From: Raillietiella orientalis
Lineage: Eukaryota
Direction: 5' to 3'
Assembly: GCA_036172245.1 (NCBI GenBank)
Contig: JAYWIR010000076.1
Span: forward strand, 248,001-312,000
Length of the DNA stretch: 64,000 nucleotides
Numbering within the stretch: position 1 is the stretch's first letter; every line of letters starts with the position of its first letter. The notes under the pieces are model-generated. The model saw only the letters and a list, made by a program, of their open reading frames with translations, had not been told where the DNA came from and searched no databases. This document shows positions 34,930-48,019 of the stretch, piece after piece. Position numbers and translations under genes: made by a program.

Positions 34930-37900
34930 TTTTCTTACCGGGTCACGCCGGGACGTTTATTGATAAAAACTATCTGGAAAACAAATGTTTCTAGACAACG
35001 ACTGCAAAAACTAAAAACGTAGATTAACCACTGGCACGCTGGCCAGGTAAACTAAAGCACCTGAACGAATGGGGGAAAAGGGGACTACAAACAAAAAAGA
35101 ACAGTCTAAATGGGAGGAATGGGGCAAAGAACTTTGGTGACGCTTCGCAGTCAACAAAAAAAACAGAGCGGAAGCACCAAAGCACAACAGAGCGAATGAA
35201 AGGAGGGATGAGACAACAAAAATACAGTTTGAAGGAAATGAAGGTGGATCACGGGGTTGGTCGTTTGGAACCGTTGAGCATCCGGCGATGAATGCCAGTT
35301 AGCTCCTCCGTTGCGTTTTCACTCAAGTGTCGCCACTGAGCTGCAGCCTTGATTTAGCCAGCAGCATTCCTGCTGACACAACATTGCAGTCCAGTGTTCA
35401 CCAGCACGTCTCGGATTGTGACGATGGCGCGGATGCAACCAAGACTGTCGAAATCAACGCAGCCGTCGAAAGTCCTCGCGGTTGGAGGAACCGTCGCAGC
35501 ACTTCTTGAGCAGTGTCCCCCAGTGCATGGAGAGCTGCTGCACACCTCCGCCAGAGTTCCTGGAGGACACCGCAGTCCATAACAATGTGTCAGAACGACT
35601 CCTTCGCGGGGAAAAGTAGGGTACAGCCAGCCCAACGGCAGCTCGTTGGTGCCGCTCGTTGTAGCGCAAGCGCTAGTGCAAGAAGAGCGAGACGTCTTCC
35701 TTTCATACAAGGGAAAACACTGAACCGTCCAAACACCAGGGAGAGATTATAAGCTCCTCGGTAGAAACACCAAGAGCATCTCCCCAACGAAGTAACCCCT
35801 TTGGTGTAGCACGAAGAGTGGCGTCATCCGCAAGCTCGCTCGTGGCCCATTGGCAAATTAGTTTGGTTCTTTCTGCAATGATGCAGGAGAACTCCTACCT
35901 TACAGGCTGACTACTGTCATTTCCAACCTTGAGGGTAGACAGCTTCGGCAAGGGGCGTGGCGGCCAAGGAGGGAAACTTCACCTCGTCCTCCATGACATC
36001 TTGAAGGGACCAAGTTTGGAATCCACGCAGGGGGCGAAGATCTTCACAGCTCATTCCTAAGAATGCACCCAAAGAATCCATGGATTCCTGCCGCCATGCA
36101 TTATAGTTCATTGGGCAGCAGGAAATCCAGGTATTGGCTTTCAAGAGGGTGGCGATTTACCTCAACGGATAGCCAAACTCCTGTTTCTTGTGCCGCAAGA
36201 CTGGCACCTAGGAAAGAAGTCCTTCACTGCCTGCACACCTCCTTAGGAGGATGCGCACAGGCGCACACAGGGGAGAGTACATAGATCGGCACACAGTGAG
36301 AGCATTCGGAACTGCACTTCCAGTCCGATTCTCTCCATTGTAAGAAGGCCAAGGCCAGCATCCGGAAGTGGAGCAGTGAGGTATTTCAGACGGATCCTTG
36401 ATCGCGGCCTACCGCTGAGAGCGTTCCTTAACAGGGGTTTGCCCCCTTTTTGGCCGCGTAATACGGGTCCAAGATTAATAAAAAGGGTCGAATGAGGGGG
36501 GCCACGAAGGTGTTTCAAATAGCCACAAGTTCCAGAACGGTGAAATTGCCGTTAATGAATGGGCTGGCGACCAACTCTGCCTTAGGAAGGCAGTCCGACC
36601 ACGCCTCGGCAGCGCCCAGGTCGCTCAACGGAACGCAAAGGTACCTGAAGTACCCTGCCCTAAGGATCCCCATGTGGATCCATTCGGACTGCTTCCTTCA
36701 CGACGCTCCTACAGAAACGACCCCGCTCTTTTTCTTGCTTACCCTCGAAGTTCGAAGAAATCTTCAAAACTGGACGTCGGGGTGATCAAGTGGAGCAGAA
36801 TCAGCAGCTCAAATGCATAGACAGTCACTGCAGGTGTTCATGGGCAAGAGCTAAGCAGGTATTCCAGCATCAGCCTGTAAGCCCTCAGCAACAACTCAAA
36901 GAAGATGATTAAGAGCAACGAGCTCCAGCTGTCAACCTGCATGATGCCCCTCCGCACGGGAATAACGTACACGTGACAGCCGCTGAAACAAATGCAAATT
37001 AGCGCGTGAAGCCAGCATGCGCGCAGGTACTTCAGGAGTTGCACCGGGAGACCCAGGCGTTTGAAAAGCTCTAATAGGAGTCCTTGGTTCACGCAATCGA
37101 ACGCCTTGTGCTGGTCGACTGCGACCGCCAAGGCACCCATAGTACCCTCCTGCCGTTTCTGTCGATACCGTGTGCCTTTGGCGGCGGCCTTGGACATGGA
37201 TAGGCTTTGCTGCGCTACGCGTTCCTGCAGCAGCATATAGGTGCGGGCAAACAGCAGGTTCGCGTCCATGGACCGCCTGAAAACACAGTAAGTCTGCTCC
37301 GGGCTTAGCAAGGACTGTGCGATCCTCCCTATCCGCGCAACCCACATGTTGGAGAACAGCTTGACGTCCGAGTTCATCAGGGTGACCGGACTCCAGTTGC
37401 TTAGACGGCGTCCCTCTCCACCTTTTGGCTGGGGACGCACCCACGCTGACTGGAAGGAATTGGGGAAATCCTCGGAATCCCTCATTAACGACGAGAGGCG
37501 AGGCACCAGGGGGACGAGCTTGCCCGCGAAGCACTGTTTGAACTCCGTGGGCAGCCCATTCGCCTGGCGCTTTTCGTTCTTGAGCTTCGCGATGGCGGAG
37601 GAACTTTCCTTCGCCGTGAAGGACTCGTCGAGACGTGAGCGTTCCTCTTCGCTAACAACAGGAGCATCCTGAGACAGAAGTATCTCCGATAAGATATTCA
37701 TCGTAGGCGCTTCCGCGTATACCGAGGAGTAGATACTTTTTAATATGCGGCGAATACCGGATGGTGTCGAGAACTCTAAATCTTTTTTGTCGAGTGAGCA
37801 AGATGCTGCATATTCCCAGTCTTGGCGTTCGGCTCTCCCCTTCTATTCCGCAAGCCGGTTGATATCAGCTAGTCTGGAAAAGGTGCTCGCCTGCAGGAAA

Positions 37901-37938
37901 GTCCCGCTGTTGGCGACCTCTGCTCCGCAGCCCACGGA
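34930..37938 (-). mobile_element. Divergent B-type LINE (copy B4), ORF2 3' two-thirds, truncated by A2
   Basis: ORF 36838-37701 has ILSEILLSQDA..LLQERVAQQS..VAVDQHKAFDCVNQ. 3' end AATAAACGTCCCGGCGTGACCCGGTAAGAAAA abuts ATTTCAACG. Confidence 0.85.
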
Positions 37939-39918
37939 AAGCGGACGTGTTTTTCCTTCGCTCCCGAGAGAGACGAAAGGAAGGCGTTTCTACTGAGTGT
38001 GGTGTCTTATGCACATCGTTGGTGTCCGAAGGAAACCTTGCCTGATAACACCACTGTAGAGGTAGGTGTGGGGAGGCTTATCAATTCCAACAGCCTACAG
38101 AATCATGGGCATCCGCCCAAGAATCGCCCTCAGCACCCAAGGCGAGTATTTGGAGCTCCATGGTATCCGCGCCTAGAGCGGAAGCCATGGCCGAGAAGGC
38201 CGCTTACAAGGCAGTGGAGTATAAACCCTCGCTGGTCTATGAGGTAAGCAACCTTTTCGATTGGCGAACTGCACGCCCCTTTGAGAAGGCGCTGCAGAAC
38301 GCCAATGTTTTGCAGAACGTTCAGCGAGTCGAGATTGTCTGTAAGAGTCTTGGCGCAGAGTCTGATGAGCACCCCGCCTAACTTGGATGGGCACTAGATT
38401 TCGCCAGTCACGATTGACCGCTCCGTAGTGGTCCATCTGAACGGCATCACCAACCGTATGACGCGGTCTGCGGTTGGTGAGGAGTTGAAGAAATCCAGCG
38501 AGTGGAATAAGCTGTGGACTAAACCCACGATCCTTGAAGGCTACAATGGCCTTTTTGGGGACCAGACCGCTGCGCGTGTCACCGTGAAAGAAAATTCTGG
38601 CCTTCCCCACAAACTGGAGGTCGCGCAAGAGAGTGTGGACCTCTGGTAGGTGGGAAAGCCCCGGTACTGCATCTACTGTGATGCCGTGGGACACATTCGC
38701 AAGAGGAGTGCTAACATACAGTGCCACATGTGAGGGGAGAAGGGCCATGTTCGGCGTGTGTGCCCCAAGCGCCCCACCCCGGTTCTACCTGCCGCCAGAA
38801 AAGTTCAGGGGAAACGTGCATGAAAGATCGCAATACCTAAGGAAGAATGTGAACGGCAGAAGCTGCCAGCACTACAACCTGCGGGGTAAAAGTCGTAGGG
38901 AAACCCTTACCACGTAGCAGAAGGCGAAGAGGTCTGGAAGCTTGTTAAGGCCAAAATAGAGAAGGTTCCAATCATGGAACTAGTAAAAACTAGTGTAAAA
39001 CAGGCGATCACAAGGAAAAAACCCGTACCGCGCTCTGAAATCCTCCGTAAGTGCTCGGTGGTACTTGAACGGATTTCCGTTCCTGATGATGCCACTTGGG
39101 CCGACGAGACTCATCTAGCCGTTTCCGCCGCGCTGGAGGTTCGTGACGGCGTTCCCTCTCTTTGCACAGAGGGTAAGCCGCGAGACGCGGGTGTCGAAAA
39201 CGAGGAACCCGCGTTCGCGCAGGCGGCGGAGGAGCTCGCGGCAACACGGGCGGAGCGCGAGAACCCATCGCGCAAGGCAGTGAGAAGGCCGGCTCCGGTG
39301 AAAAAGACCCCCAAAGGTGAGTTCGAACTTGCGGCCGGAAGCTTATCCTTTTCTGCGGAGGCACCCTCCAGAAAGTCGTGACGCAAGTTCCAGAAGCTCA
39401 GGAGGCGCCTCCCCTGCACCAACGAGGAGGAGAAGCCGGAAGGCAGCGGCAGCGTGGAATTTCAGGAGGAAGAATTCCAACGCACGGAAGCCGTGGAGAA
39501 GGTCACCACCATGGAGGAGGGTGAGCAGGGGGGCGATGTCCTCCTTGCTTTCGCCCATCATGCAAAGTCCGCCGATATGGAAGAGGGCCAACAGGTAGGC
39601 GCGACCAAACTTGGGGGTGCACCGACCGACGCGCCGACACCCACGGAGGAGAGGGACCAGGTGCACTCCTACACCAAGCGTTCCGCCCCAGCAGGTGGTG
39701 GACTCCGCACTGCCAGCTTTCCAGGATCAACACCTGGACACGCCAGTCGCCGTCGGATTTGCGCTGCCTGTTGGAATGTCAACGGGCTGCGCCACAATAG
39801 CAACAGGAGAGATATAGCCGACACCCTGCGTCAGCTCGACCTGTCCCTGCTGCAGGATATCCACGTGTCACCAAGGCGGACGTCCAGGAGATCGAGACGA
39901 TCGCGAGGAGTGGGTTGT
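37939..39918 (+). mobile_element. A-family LINE (copy A2): 5' UTR, decayed ORF1 and start of the endonuclease, truncated by E2
   Basis: CGGACGTGTT at 37942. LPHKLEVAQESVDLW, CSVVLERI, AACWNVNGL and LLQD motifs. Colinear with A3. Confidence 0.85.
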
Positions 39919-41527
39919 TTATCAACCGGGTGTGGCTGTACGTTTATTGGAAAACAATCCGAAAACAGCTTTTCCGGACAAAGGATACAGAGAAGACGAA
40001 GGGATCTCCGACACGCAGGTCCGTAAGTCTGGAACGGGAAGGATAGGACCACAAATACACTTCTATAAAAAATAAAAACAAAAATATGGAGAGCAGGGGA
40101 TAGGGGTGAACGCAACAGAGTTCCTGAAGGGAAACATCCTGGTGCATTGCCAGCCATGCAACATGTCCTGATGCCAGGATTCAAAGTTCGCTGGGCCGCA
40201 GGGGGATCCATTGCAGGGCTGCCAGGAGACGGTGTAGCGGATTCATCCGGGAACCGTACCTTCTCGTGGCGAGCTCCTTATGAGGCCGATGCGACAGAAG
40301 TCCATCGCTTTTAGTGCAGCGCCGCAGGAGCAGATGCTCGGAAGCGCACCACGGAGTGAAACATAGCTGGGCGCAAAGTGCCAGCTTGCAGAACTGTACT
40401 AGCAGTACGATCCGCTTGAGCGCCACCATGCCCAATCCTGCATCCCGCCGAGGAGCCGCCAATACCCTAAGGCGGATCCTGGAACTCCTCGGTCCCGACA
40501 AGTCGTTTCGCAACAAGCGTTGCGCCCAAAGCTTAGCCGAGTAGGGAGGGGGACAAACAAAAACGATGGGACGGAGGAGAGTAACAACGGAAATTTTCCA
40601 CACGAAGGCCCGTTCCGACAGGAGGAACCTGCCGCTTAGGAACGGGCCCAGAGCACTCGCGGCATTATAAGGGCAGTCCAACCACGCTTTCGCTGGACAG
40701 CAGGAGCCCAAGGAAACGTCAAGGTACTTCGAGCACCTGCCCGTGGGGATCTCCAGGTGGATCCAGGCGGACTGCCCCTCACACGTAGAGGCAACCGGTA
40801 CAACAGTTGATACCCTTCAATTGACACTCAGGCACGCTCCCCGACGAATGAGCTCGAAGAAGCCTTCGAACAAGGACGCCAAGGTGGACATCGGAAACAG
40901 TAGGAGAAGGTTGTCCGCATCGGCGGTCACGGACGAAGATCCCAGACAGGAGCTCGGCGGATTGGCCAGCGTCAGCCAGTACGCCCTCAGCACCAACTCA
41001 AAGAAAATGCTGAACAGCGGGGAGCTTACACTGTCTCTCTACCTAATACCCCGCCGTATGGGAACGCCGTATACGTTGCGCCTACTGAAAGAGATACAGA
41101 ATAACACGTGGAGCAAGCAGGAACGCAAGTAAGCGATGAGGTGCGTCGAGAGGTCTAGGCGTCCCAGAAGCTCCAGAAAGAGGTCCTGGTTTACGCTGTC
41201 GAACGCTTTTCAGAGATCGACAGCGACCGCTAAGGCTCCCGGCGTTACATCGTGCCCTGAACATCGCCGCTTGCCTTTGGCAGCCGCGCTTTCGGCTGCC
41301 TGGCTCTGTTGCTCCACGCGCTGCTGTAACTCGAACCATGTTCGCGCAAAGAAGAGATTCGCGTCCATGGACCGCCCAGGAACAGCATACGTCTGCCCCG
41401 GACATACCAAGAACTCCGCGATTCTCCCCAGCCGCGCAAAAAGCTTGGAGAACAAATTGACGTCCGAATCCACCAAGGTGATCGGATGCCAGTTACTGAG
41501 GTGGCGCAAATCCCCGCCTTTCGGCAA
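39919..41527 (-). mobile_element. B-like LINE fragment (copy E2): RT region with a deleted C-terminus and 3' end
   Basis: PKGGDLRHLSNWHPITL..LQQRVEQQSQAA..ALAVAVDL. 3' end AATAAACGTACAGCCACACCCGGTTGATAAA. Confidence 0.8.
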
Positions 41528-44500
41528 GGACGCTCGCCCAGGTCGCTGCCCTCGCGGTTACAATGGGAACTTCGCCCGACAGCCCTCAGCTGCAGGCGTA
41601 TGTAGCAAATGGCTACACGCCTGCACTCAGGTATAAGGTAAGTGTCCTTATGCCTGAGCGGGATGAGCGCGAGTTTGCCCAGGAACTCCAACGGATTGGA
41701 GTTCAGAAAGGCCAGCTGGAATCCATCATGCCCATGAGTTTGTGCGGTTACTGGGAGGTTTCCAGTTAAGACGCTCTCCTTACGCAGCGTTTAGTGCACA
41801 CGCCGCTGCTTATTAATGGACAGGAAATACGCCCCACCACCACGGATGAATCGTTTGTTGTCCGCCTAAGTGGAGGGAGCAAGGGCCTTTCGGACCGCCA
41901 GGTCGTGAAGGCCCTAGAAAAATTCGCATCCGTTCACGCGCTTTGGAGGATGCCAAATCCTGCTGCGGGTTTCGGAGACCACAACAGCGGGCTCGCGCAA
42001 GTGCGAGTGACGATGACGGATCGCTGGGCAATGCCCACGCGGCTGCAGGTGGATGCAATGACTGTCCGTCTGTGGATCGCGGGGCAAACTCTTGAGTGCT
42101 CGGAATGCGGGCAGGACGGTCACCGCCTTACGAAGTGTCCATCGGCCGCTTGCTGTTACTTCCACGAGCCTGGGCACACAAATGGAACGTACTCAGAGCT
42201 CCTTTTAAAATACGAAAAGCGAAAGAACGAAGCGCGTTTCGCATCGCGAAATAAAAGCCGCGAATCGAGGGAAACAAACCTCAGAACTTCGAAGAGCGTT
42301 GCAAAAACCGCGAGCGCTCAAGAGCAGAAAACTCTTCGCCCCTCCACAGAAAAGGGGAGAAAAACATGAAAACACTCGTCGCGGCGAAGCTTTAAACTAC
42401 GGAGCCGACGGAAGCCTGCGAAGAATGCAAACTTTCACAGAGACCTCGCAACGAATTTTTCAAAGCATGAGAGAGTGCGCCAAAGGGCAGGAAGCCTCCT
42501 ACTGTCGGCATCGCGACCGCAAAGCTCCCTATCAAGGCCTGGGCAAGTGGCGAGGAATGCGGTCGCTCGCCCGATGCGGGAAAATCGCGCCCGCGGGCAA
42601 ACAACTCCGTGCCGGTTAAACCTGCAGCGGCCACGGTGCCCCAGGCGCCGAGTGCCGCGACGAAACAGCCGGCAAACCCGCAGCCCTCGCGCGCAAACGC
42701 AGCGCCTACTGCGGACAAGGAAGAAACTGCCAGGGCGAGCACAACCGCCACAGCAGCGCTCCCAGCGGTCGCAAAGGCAACGCGCGAATCAACCGATCTC
42801 AAAGAGGCAGCGCCTCACGTGATCGCTACGGGTGTCGCTCACGCCTGCGCGGAGGCAGCACTTCAAGAGCCAGCCAAGGCAGCGCCTCTTACATCCGCGG
42901 ACGCAGCGCCATCTCAGGAGGGTAAACATAACTGCGACGCGAAGGAAGACGGCTGGATGCAGCTGAGAAGGAGAATTAAAAAAAAACCGTCAAGGTCCTC
43001 GCAGCTCTGTGTGAAGGTGAGTGGGCGAAAGAAACCCGCAAAACCATCCCACAAAACAATTGCGATCCTTTCCTCCTGTGCAGTCGTCTTCTCGCGGATG
43101 GATTGCGAAGCTGCTGCTGCGGATAAAAGGAAGAAAGTCCCATCCGCAGTAGCAGAAAGCGCTAAGCAACAGGCAGCAAATGATTTTACCAATTCCGGGA
43201 AACCGAAGCAGCGCCTGGCAATTGCTCGAATGTGGGATTCTGATCCAGAGTCTGACAGAATGAGCACACAGCGGGACACTCGCCCGAAACCGCGAAATCG
43301 GCTCCCGAAGACCGGCAAGCGCGTGGTTCACGGAGAGGAACTGTTCCTGGGGAGCAAAGAGGAGGGAATGGGTCTCACCTCTTAGCTACCGCCAACAATC
43401 AGGGCGGCTTCGAATGGAGATGTCCCCTCTCCAAAATCTGCTTTTCTGTCTCGTGACCACTCGCCGGACAAGGCGAGAAACCTGTGCTCACCTTCCCAGC
43501 CTTAATGCAGGATGTCGCCTCTCTTCGTGGGTTCAGCGTAGCCTGTTGGAACCTTAATGGGCTGCGCAGGGACGGAAAGAGGCGCGGCGTGTCAGACACC
43601 CTGCAACACTTCGACTTGGCGATCCTTCAGGAGATGCATCACATCTCCGACGCCGAGGTTGCCGGAATTAAACAGCGCGCGGGTGGCACCCTTTACTAGC
43701 GAGAAGGTTCTGCGCAATCGTGCGAAGTCGGGTTTGTCGTTAATAGTCGGATGGCGGGAGCGGTGTGCAGCGTGCGATTCGACCAGCATGGGCGAAAAGC
43801 GGCGGAGCATCTTCGCAAGTTCCTTCGCGGCTTTACCATCTGGCTTCTCGCAGACTGGGACCATCTTAAAAGATTAATTCGCGAGTTTTGCGACCGGTTC
43901 CCCCTCCCCCTCCTACCGCGCAGCTTAGAAGAAAGCGTGGCCAATAGCAGAGCATTTCTGCAGGCGCGCACCTTCTCTAGACGTGCGGAAGTCCGGCACC
44001 TCGCAGAGTACAAGGTGAGGGCCGATCGCCAGGTCAGGCAGTCTGGAGCGGCTATTCTGCTCGACGACCGAGGCCGGGAATGCACGGCTCCTGCCGGAGT
44101 ACGGCGAGCACTCAATCGTCACTACTCCTTGCTCTACGCCAAATCCCCGACGGAGAGAATCCTCTCGGAACTGCTTCTGCCGCGGGGTGCACACAGCATC
44201 GGCGAGGAGGAATGCGCCCGTCTCGACGAGCCCTTAACGGCGGAAGAAGTGTCTTCCGCCATCGCAGGACTCAAGAAACGGAAGACGCCAGGTGAGGACG
44301 GGCTGCCCGCGGAGTTCTATCAGAGCTTCGCGGCGGAACTCGCCCCACTGGTGCTCAGACTCTCGACGCTGATGAGGGTGACGGGCGATGTCCCTTCTTC
44401 CTCTCGCTCAGCGAGGGTGCGTCTCCTTCCGAAAGAAAGATATCTGCGCCATCTCAACAACTGACGTCCGATCGCGTTAGTGAATACGGACGTCAAGTTG

Positions 44501-46849
44501 TTTTCGAAGCTGAGGGTGACGCGCCTAAGGAAGATCGCGAGGTCCGTGGTAAGCCCGGAGCAGTCTTACGCTGTACTAAGAAGATCCATGGATGCGAACA
44601 TTCTTTTGGCTCGCATTTGGTGGCAGCTGCAACAGCGCGTTGCGGAGGACAGCCGAACAGCGGCTTGACCTTCTGCTGAGTGCGAGCGCCAGTGCGGACG
44701 GACGGGTGGAAGGCCGGGAGCTTCAGCAGTAGGAGTAGATTTGCATAAAGCAATCGACTGCTTCAACTAGGAACTACCCTTGGAGCTCCTTGAGCGTCGT
44801 GAGTTTCCGAATCAACATCTCCTGTACTTGCGCTCCTGCTGGCGCCACGCGCTCATCCAACTGCATTACAGTGGAACCCGCGTGTACGGTGTGGCCGTGC
44901 GCAGAGGCATAAGACAGGGCGACAGATTAAGCCCGTTGCTCTTCAGCGTCTACTCTGAGTTGGTGCTGAAAGCATACAGGCTGACGCTGGCCGTCCTGGC
45001 CAGCGCCATTCCGTGCACTCCGTTTGCTGCAGCATACGCCGACGACCTTCTGCTTCTGTGGCCCATGTCCACTCCGCCGGACTCGGTCGAAGACTTCTTC
45101 GAGTTGATCCGTCGTGGAGCGGGCATGAGCGTTAACAAGGAAGAGTGCTCCGTCGTGCCGGTGGGTGCGTCGTGGGAGGAGCAGGCCGACTGGATCCGCC
45201 TGGGGATCCCCACGGTCAGGTACTTCAAATACCTTGGCGTTTCGTTGGGCGACTTCTGCTCGTCTGAAGCGTGGTCGGCCTATCTTTAGAAGGCAGAGAT
45301 GGCTCTAGGCCCGTTCCTGGAAGGCAAGTTCGTCTTCCCGAAAGGTCGTGCCTATGGAACATTTTTCTTGCCCCCCTCCTTCGACCCTTATTTTTTGTAT
45401 GTTCGCCTCCTCATGTGATTAAACTCCGGACGCAGCGTGTCCTACGTAAGGACTTGTGGAGCGCTCCACGATCCAGGGTTCGACTTAAAGATTTGGTGGA
45501 GCCATGCCAGGACGCAAGCTTGGGCATTCTGACCATCGAGAAGATTGGACTGCAAGTGCAGCTCCGGCTTCTATCCCTATGTGGGAAATTGTGGTTTAGT
45601 CACTGGTGTGCTCCGGCTCGCCATATCCTCCAGCGTTGTGTGGGCAGTGCAGGACTGCTGTCGTTGCTGCCGCGCAACCTGTGCCGCAGAACTGGGTTTG
45701 GCTACCCACTCAGGTATCTGTCCTCGTTGTTAGCCCATTCCTGGATTTCCTGCCGCCCCTCCAGCTGGAATCCTTGGCAGCAGGAAGCTCTGGAGCACTG
45801 GACTTCCACTTTATTTGTTCGTCCAGAGCAACTGCGGCTTCTAAAGGGCCTCTTACGCAAACCGCTAGGAGTGATCCTACAGGACTGGTCGCTTTGGTCC
45901 CGGGCAGCCGTCTCTCCCATCGCCGCAGCGCTGTCTGCTCTCAGGGCAAACAACGACAGTAGCCAACCGGAAAGGTGGGAGTTCTTCTGCAGCATTGCAG
46001 GAGTGGAAAGACTGCTGAGCGGCTGCAATACAAGCGTGTTGGTAGAAGCTGCCACCTCTCGTTACCCGGCAAAGAGACTCCTTTGGTGGAGTGAGGCTGT
46101 TGGATTACTCCCCGAAGATCTCGTGGTCCCTTCCTTGTGCGTGGACACCTATGTGTTTCCGCTCCGATGGAAACAGGATATTCTGCTTTTCCTGCACTGT
46201 GGATCTCAGTGAAATAAGCGCAGACACTTGGTTTCCTGGGAAGTCGCCTCCCCGAACTGCCTCAGGTGCGGGGCGATAGAATCGCTTACGCACTTGCTCC
46301 TTGAGTGCAGTGACTTGCGGAAGTTATTGCGGAGACTTGCTTTGGCACTTCGTCGTCCCTAGTACATAGTCATCGGCCTGCTGCGATGCTTCTTCAGCGA
46401 AGACGGACTGGATAAAGGCGCTGTGATCGAAACAATCTGTTGCATCCGCGCCATCGTAGCGGCGCTCCGTAAGCTAGAAGGAAGCTCGCAGCGAATATAC
46501 GCCGCCAGGATAGCCGAAAACCTTATGAAGGTAGTTGTCAGGTGGCCTCATCTGCCAAGAAAAGTCTCCACGGAAGTCGTCATCGTCAGACAGCGCTTCT
46601 AGGAAGATGAGAAACGTTTAATACCAAAGATCCCTGACCCCATTCTCCACTGTTTTTCTGTTTGTTCTCTCATGTTTTCTTTATTTTGTACCCCACTCCC
46701 TCCATTCCTTTCTTTTAGAAGGCGGCCTGTGTGCCGGTGATTCGTCCGGGCTGAACTTTCTGTATGGGCCTTTCGTGTGTCTTAAAAGGATGAATCTCAT
46801 TTCAAGATTGTGGTTTGTTTTTACAAATAAACGTCCCGGCGCGACCGGG
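41528..46849 (+). mobile_element. B'-family LINE (copy B5), slightly 5'-truncated and decayed; central endonuclease region deleted
   Basis: ORF1 remnant with CSECGQDGHRLTKC. TAATG at 43503. ORF2 has WNLNGL, LQE, KTPGEDG, GIRQGD and AYADD, to a stop at about 46602. 3' end AATAAACGTCCCGGCGCGACCGGG. Confidence 0.88.
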
Positions 46850-46856
46850 TTCAATC

Positions 46857-47926
46857 CGCATTAGCGTTGTTCGCGTACAGACCTGCTTTTGCGTCGCTCC
46901 GCGTTAGGCTCACTCTTGTGTGTTTTGGTTCTCCTGTGCTTCTGCTGGTACCTCCTCCTGAGATGCCGGTTTCGGCTGCTAGCTAGGAGCCACTGTCCTC
47001 GTCGACGGCAAGGACCTTCGCCCAGGTCGCTTCCTTTGCGGCTACAATGGTACCTTCGTCCGACAGCCCTGAGCTGCAGGCGTATGTAGCAGATGGCTAC
47101 ACGCCTGCACTCAGGTATAAGGTAAGTGTCCTTATGCGTGAGCGAACTGGGCGCGAGTTTGGCCAAGAACTCCAACGAATTGCAGTTCAGAGAGGCCAGC
47201 TGGAGTCCACCATGCCCATGAGTGGATGCGGCTACTGGGAGATGTCCAGTAAGGACGCTCTTCTTCCGCAGCGTTTTCTGCACACGCCGCTGCTCATTCG
47301 TAGGCAGGACATACTTTTCATCACAGCGGACCAGTCGTTCGTTGTCCGGCTGAGTGGAGTGAGCAAGGGCCTTTCGGACCTCCAGGTCTTGAAGGCCCTT
47401 GAAAAACTCGCCACCGTTCACGCGCTTTTGAGTTTGCCAAACCCTGCTAAGGGTTCCGACGACCATCACAGCGGGCTCGCGCAGGTGCGATTGACGATGG
47501 CGGATCGGTGGGCAATGCTCACGCGACTGCAGGTGGATGAAATGACCATCCGCCTGTATTTTGAGGGGCAAACGCTTGTGTGCATGGAATGCGGGCAGGA
47601 GGTTCACCGCCTTACGAAGTGTCCTTCCGCTCTTGTTGTCACCGCCATGAGTCCAGTCACACAAAAAGAGCGTGCCCGGAGCTCTTTTGAAAAGAAAAGC
47701 GCAAGAACGAAGCGCGTATTGCATCGCAAAATAAACGCCGCGAATCGAGAGAAAAACCTCAAAACTTAGGAGAGCGTTGCGAAAACCGCAAGCGCGCATC
47801 TGCAGAACACTGTTATTCTTTTCCACAGAAAAGGGAGGAAAACATAAGAAAACGCTTCGCGGCGAAGCCTCAGGCTACCGAGGCGACGGAAGCTGGCGAA
47901 GAATGCGAACTTTCACCAAACCTCGG
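46857..47926 (+). mobile_element. B'-family LINE (copy B6): 5' UTR plus ORF1 N-half, directly downstream of B5 and truncated by A3
   Basis: ATG at 46963 (early TAG) in frame with ORF 47047-47769, which is colinear with B5 ORF1 (41563-42440). Confidence 0.85.
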
Positions 47927-48019
47927 TTAAGACGGACGTGTTCTTCCTTGGCTACCGAGTGATTCGAAAGGAAGACGCTTTTTTAGTGGTTTATTAGTGT
48001 GAAACATCGTTGACATCCG

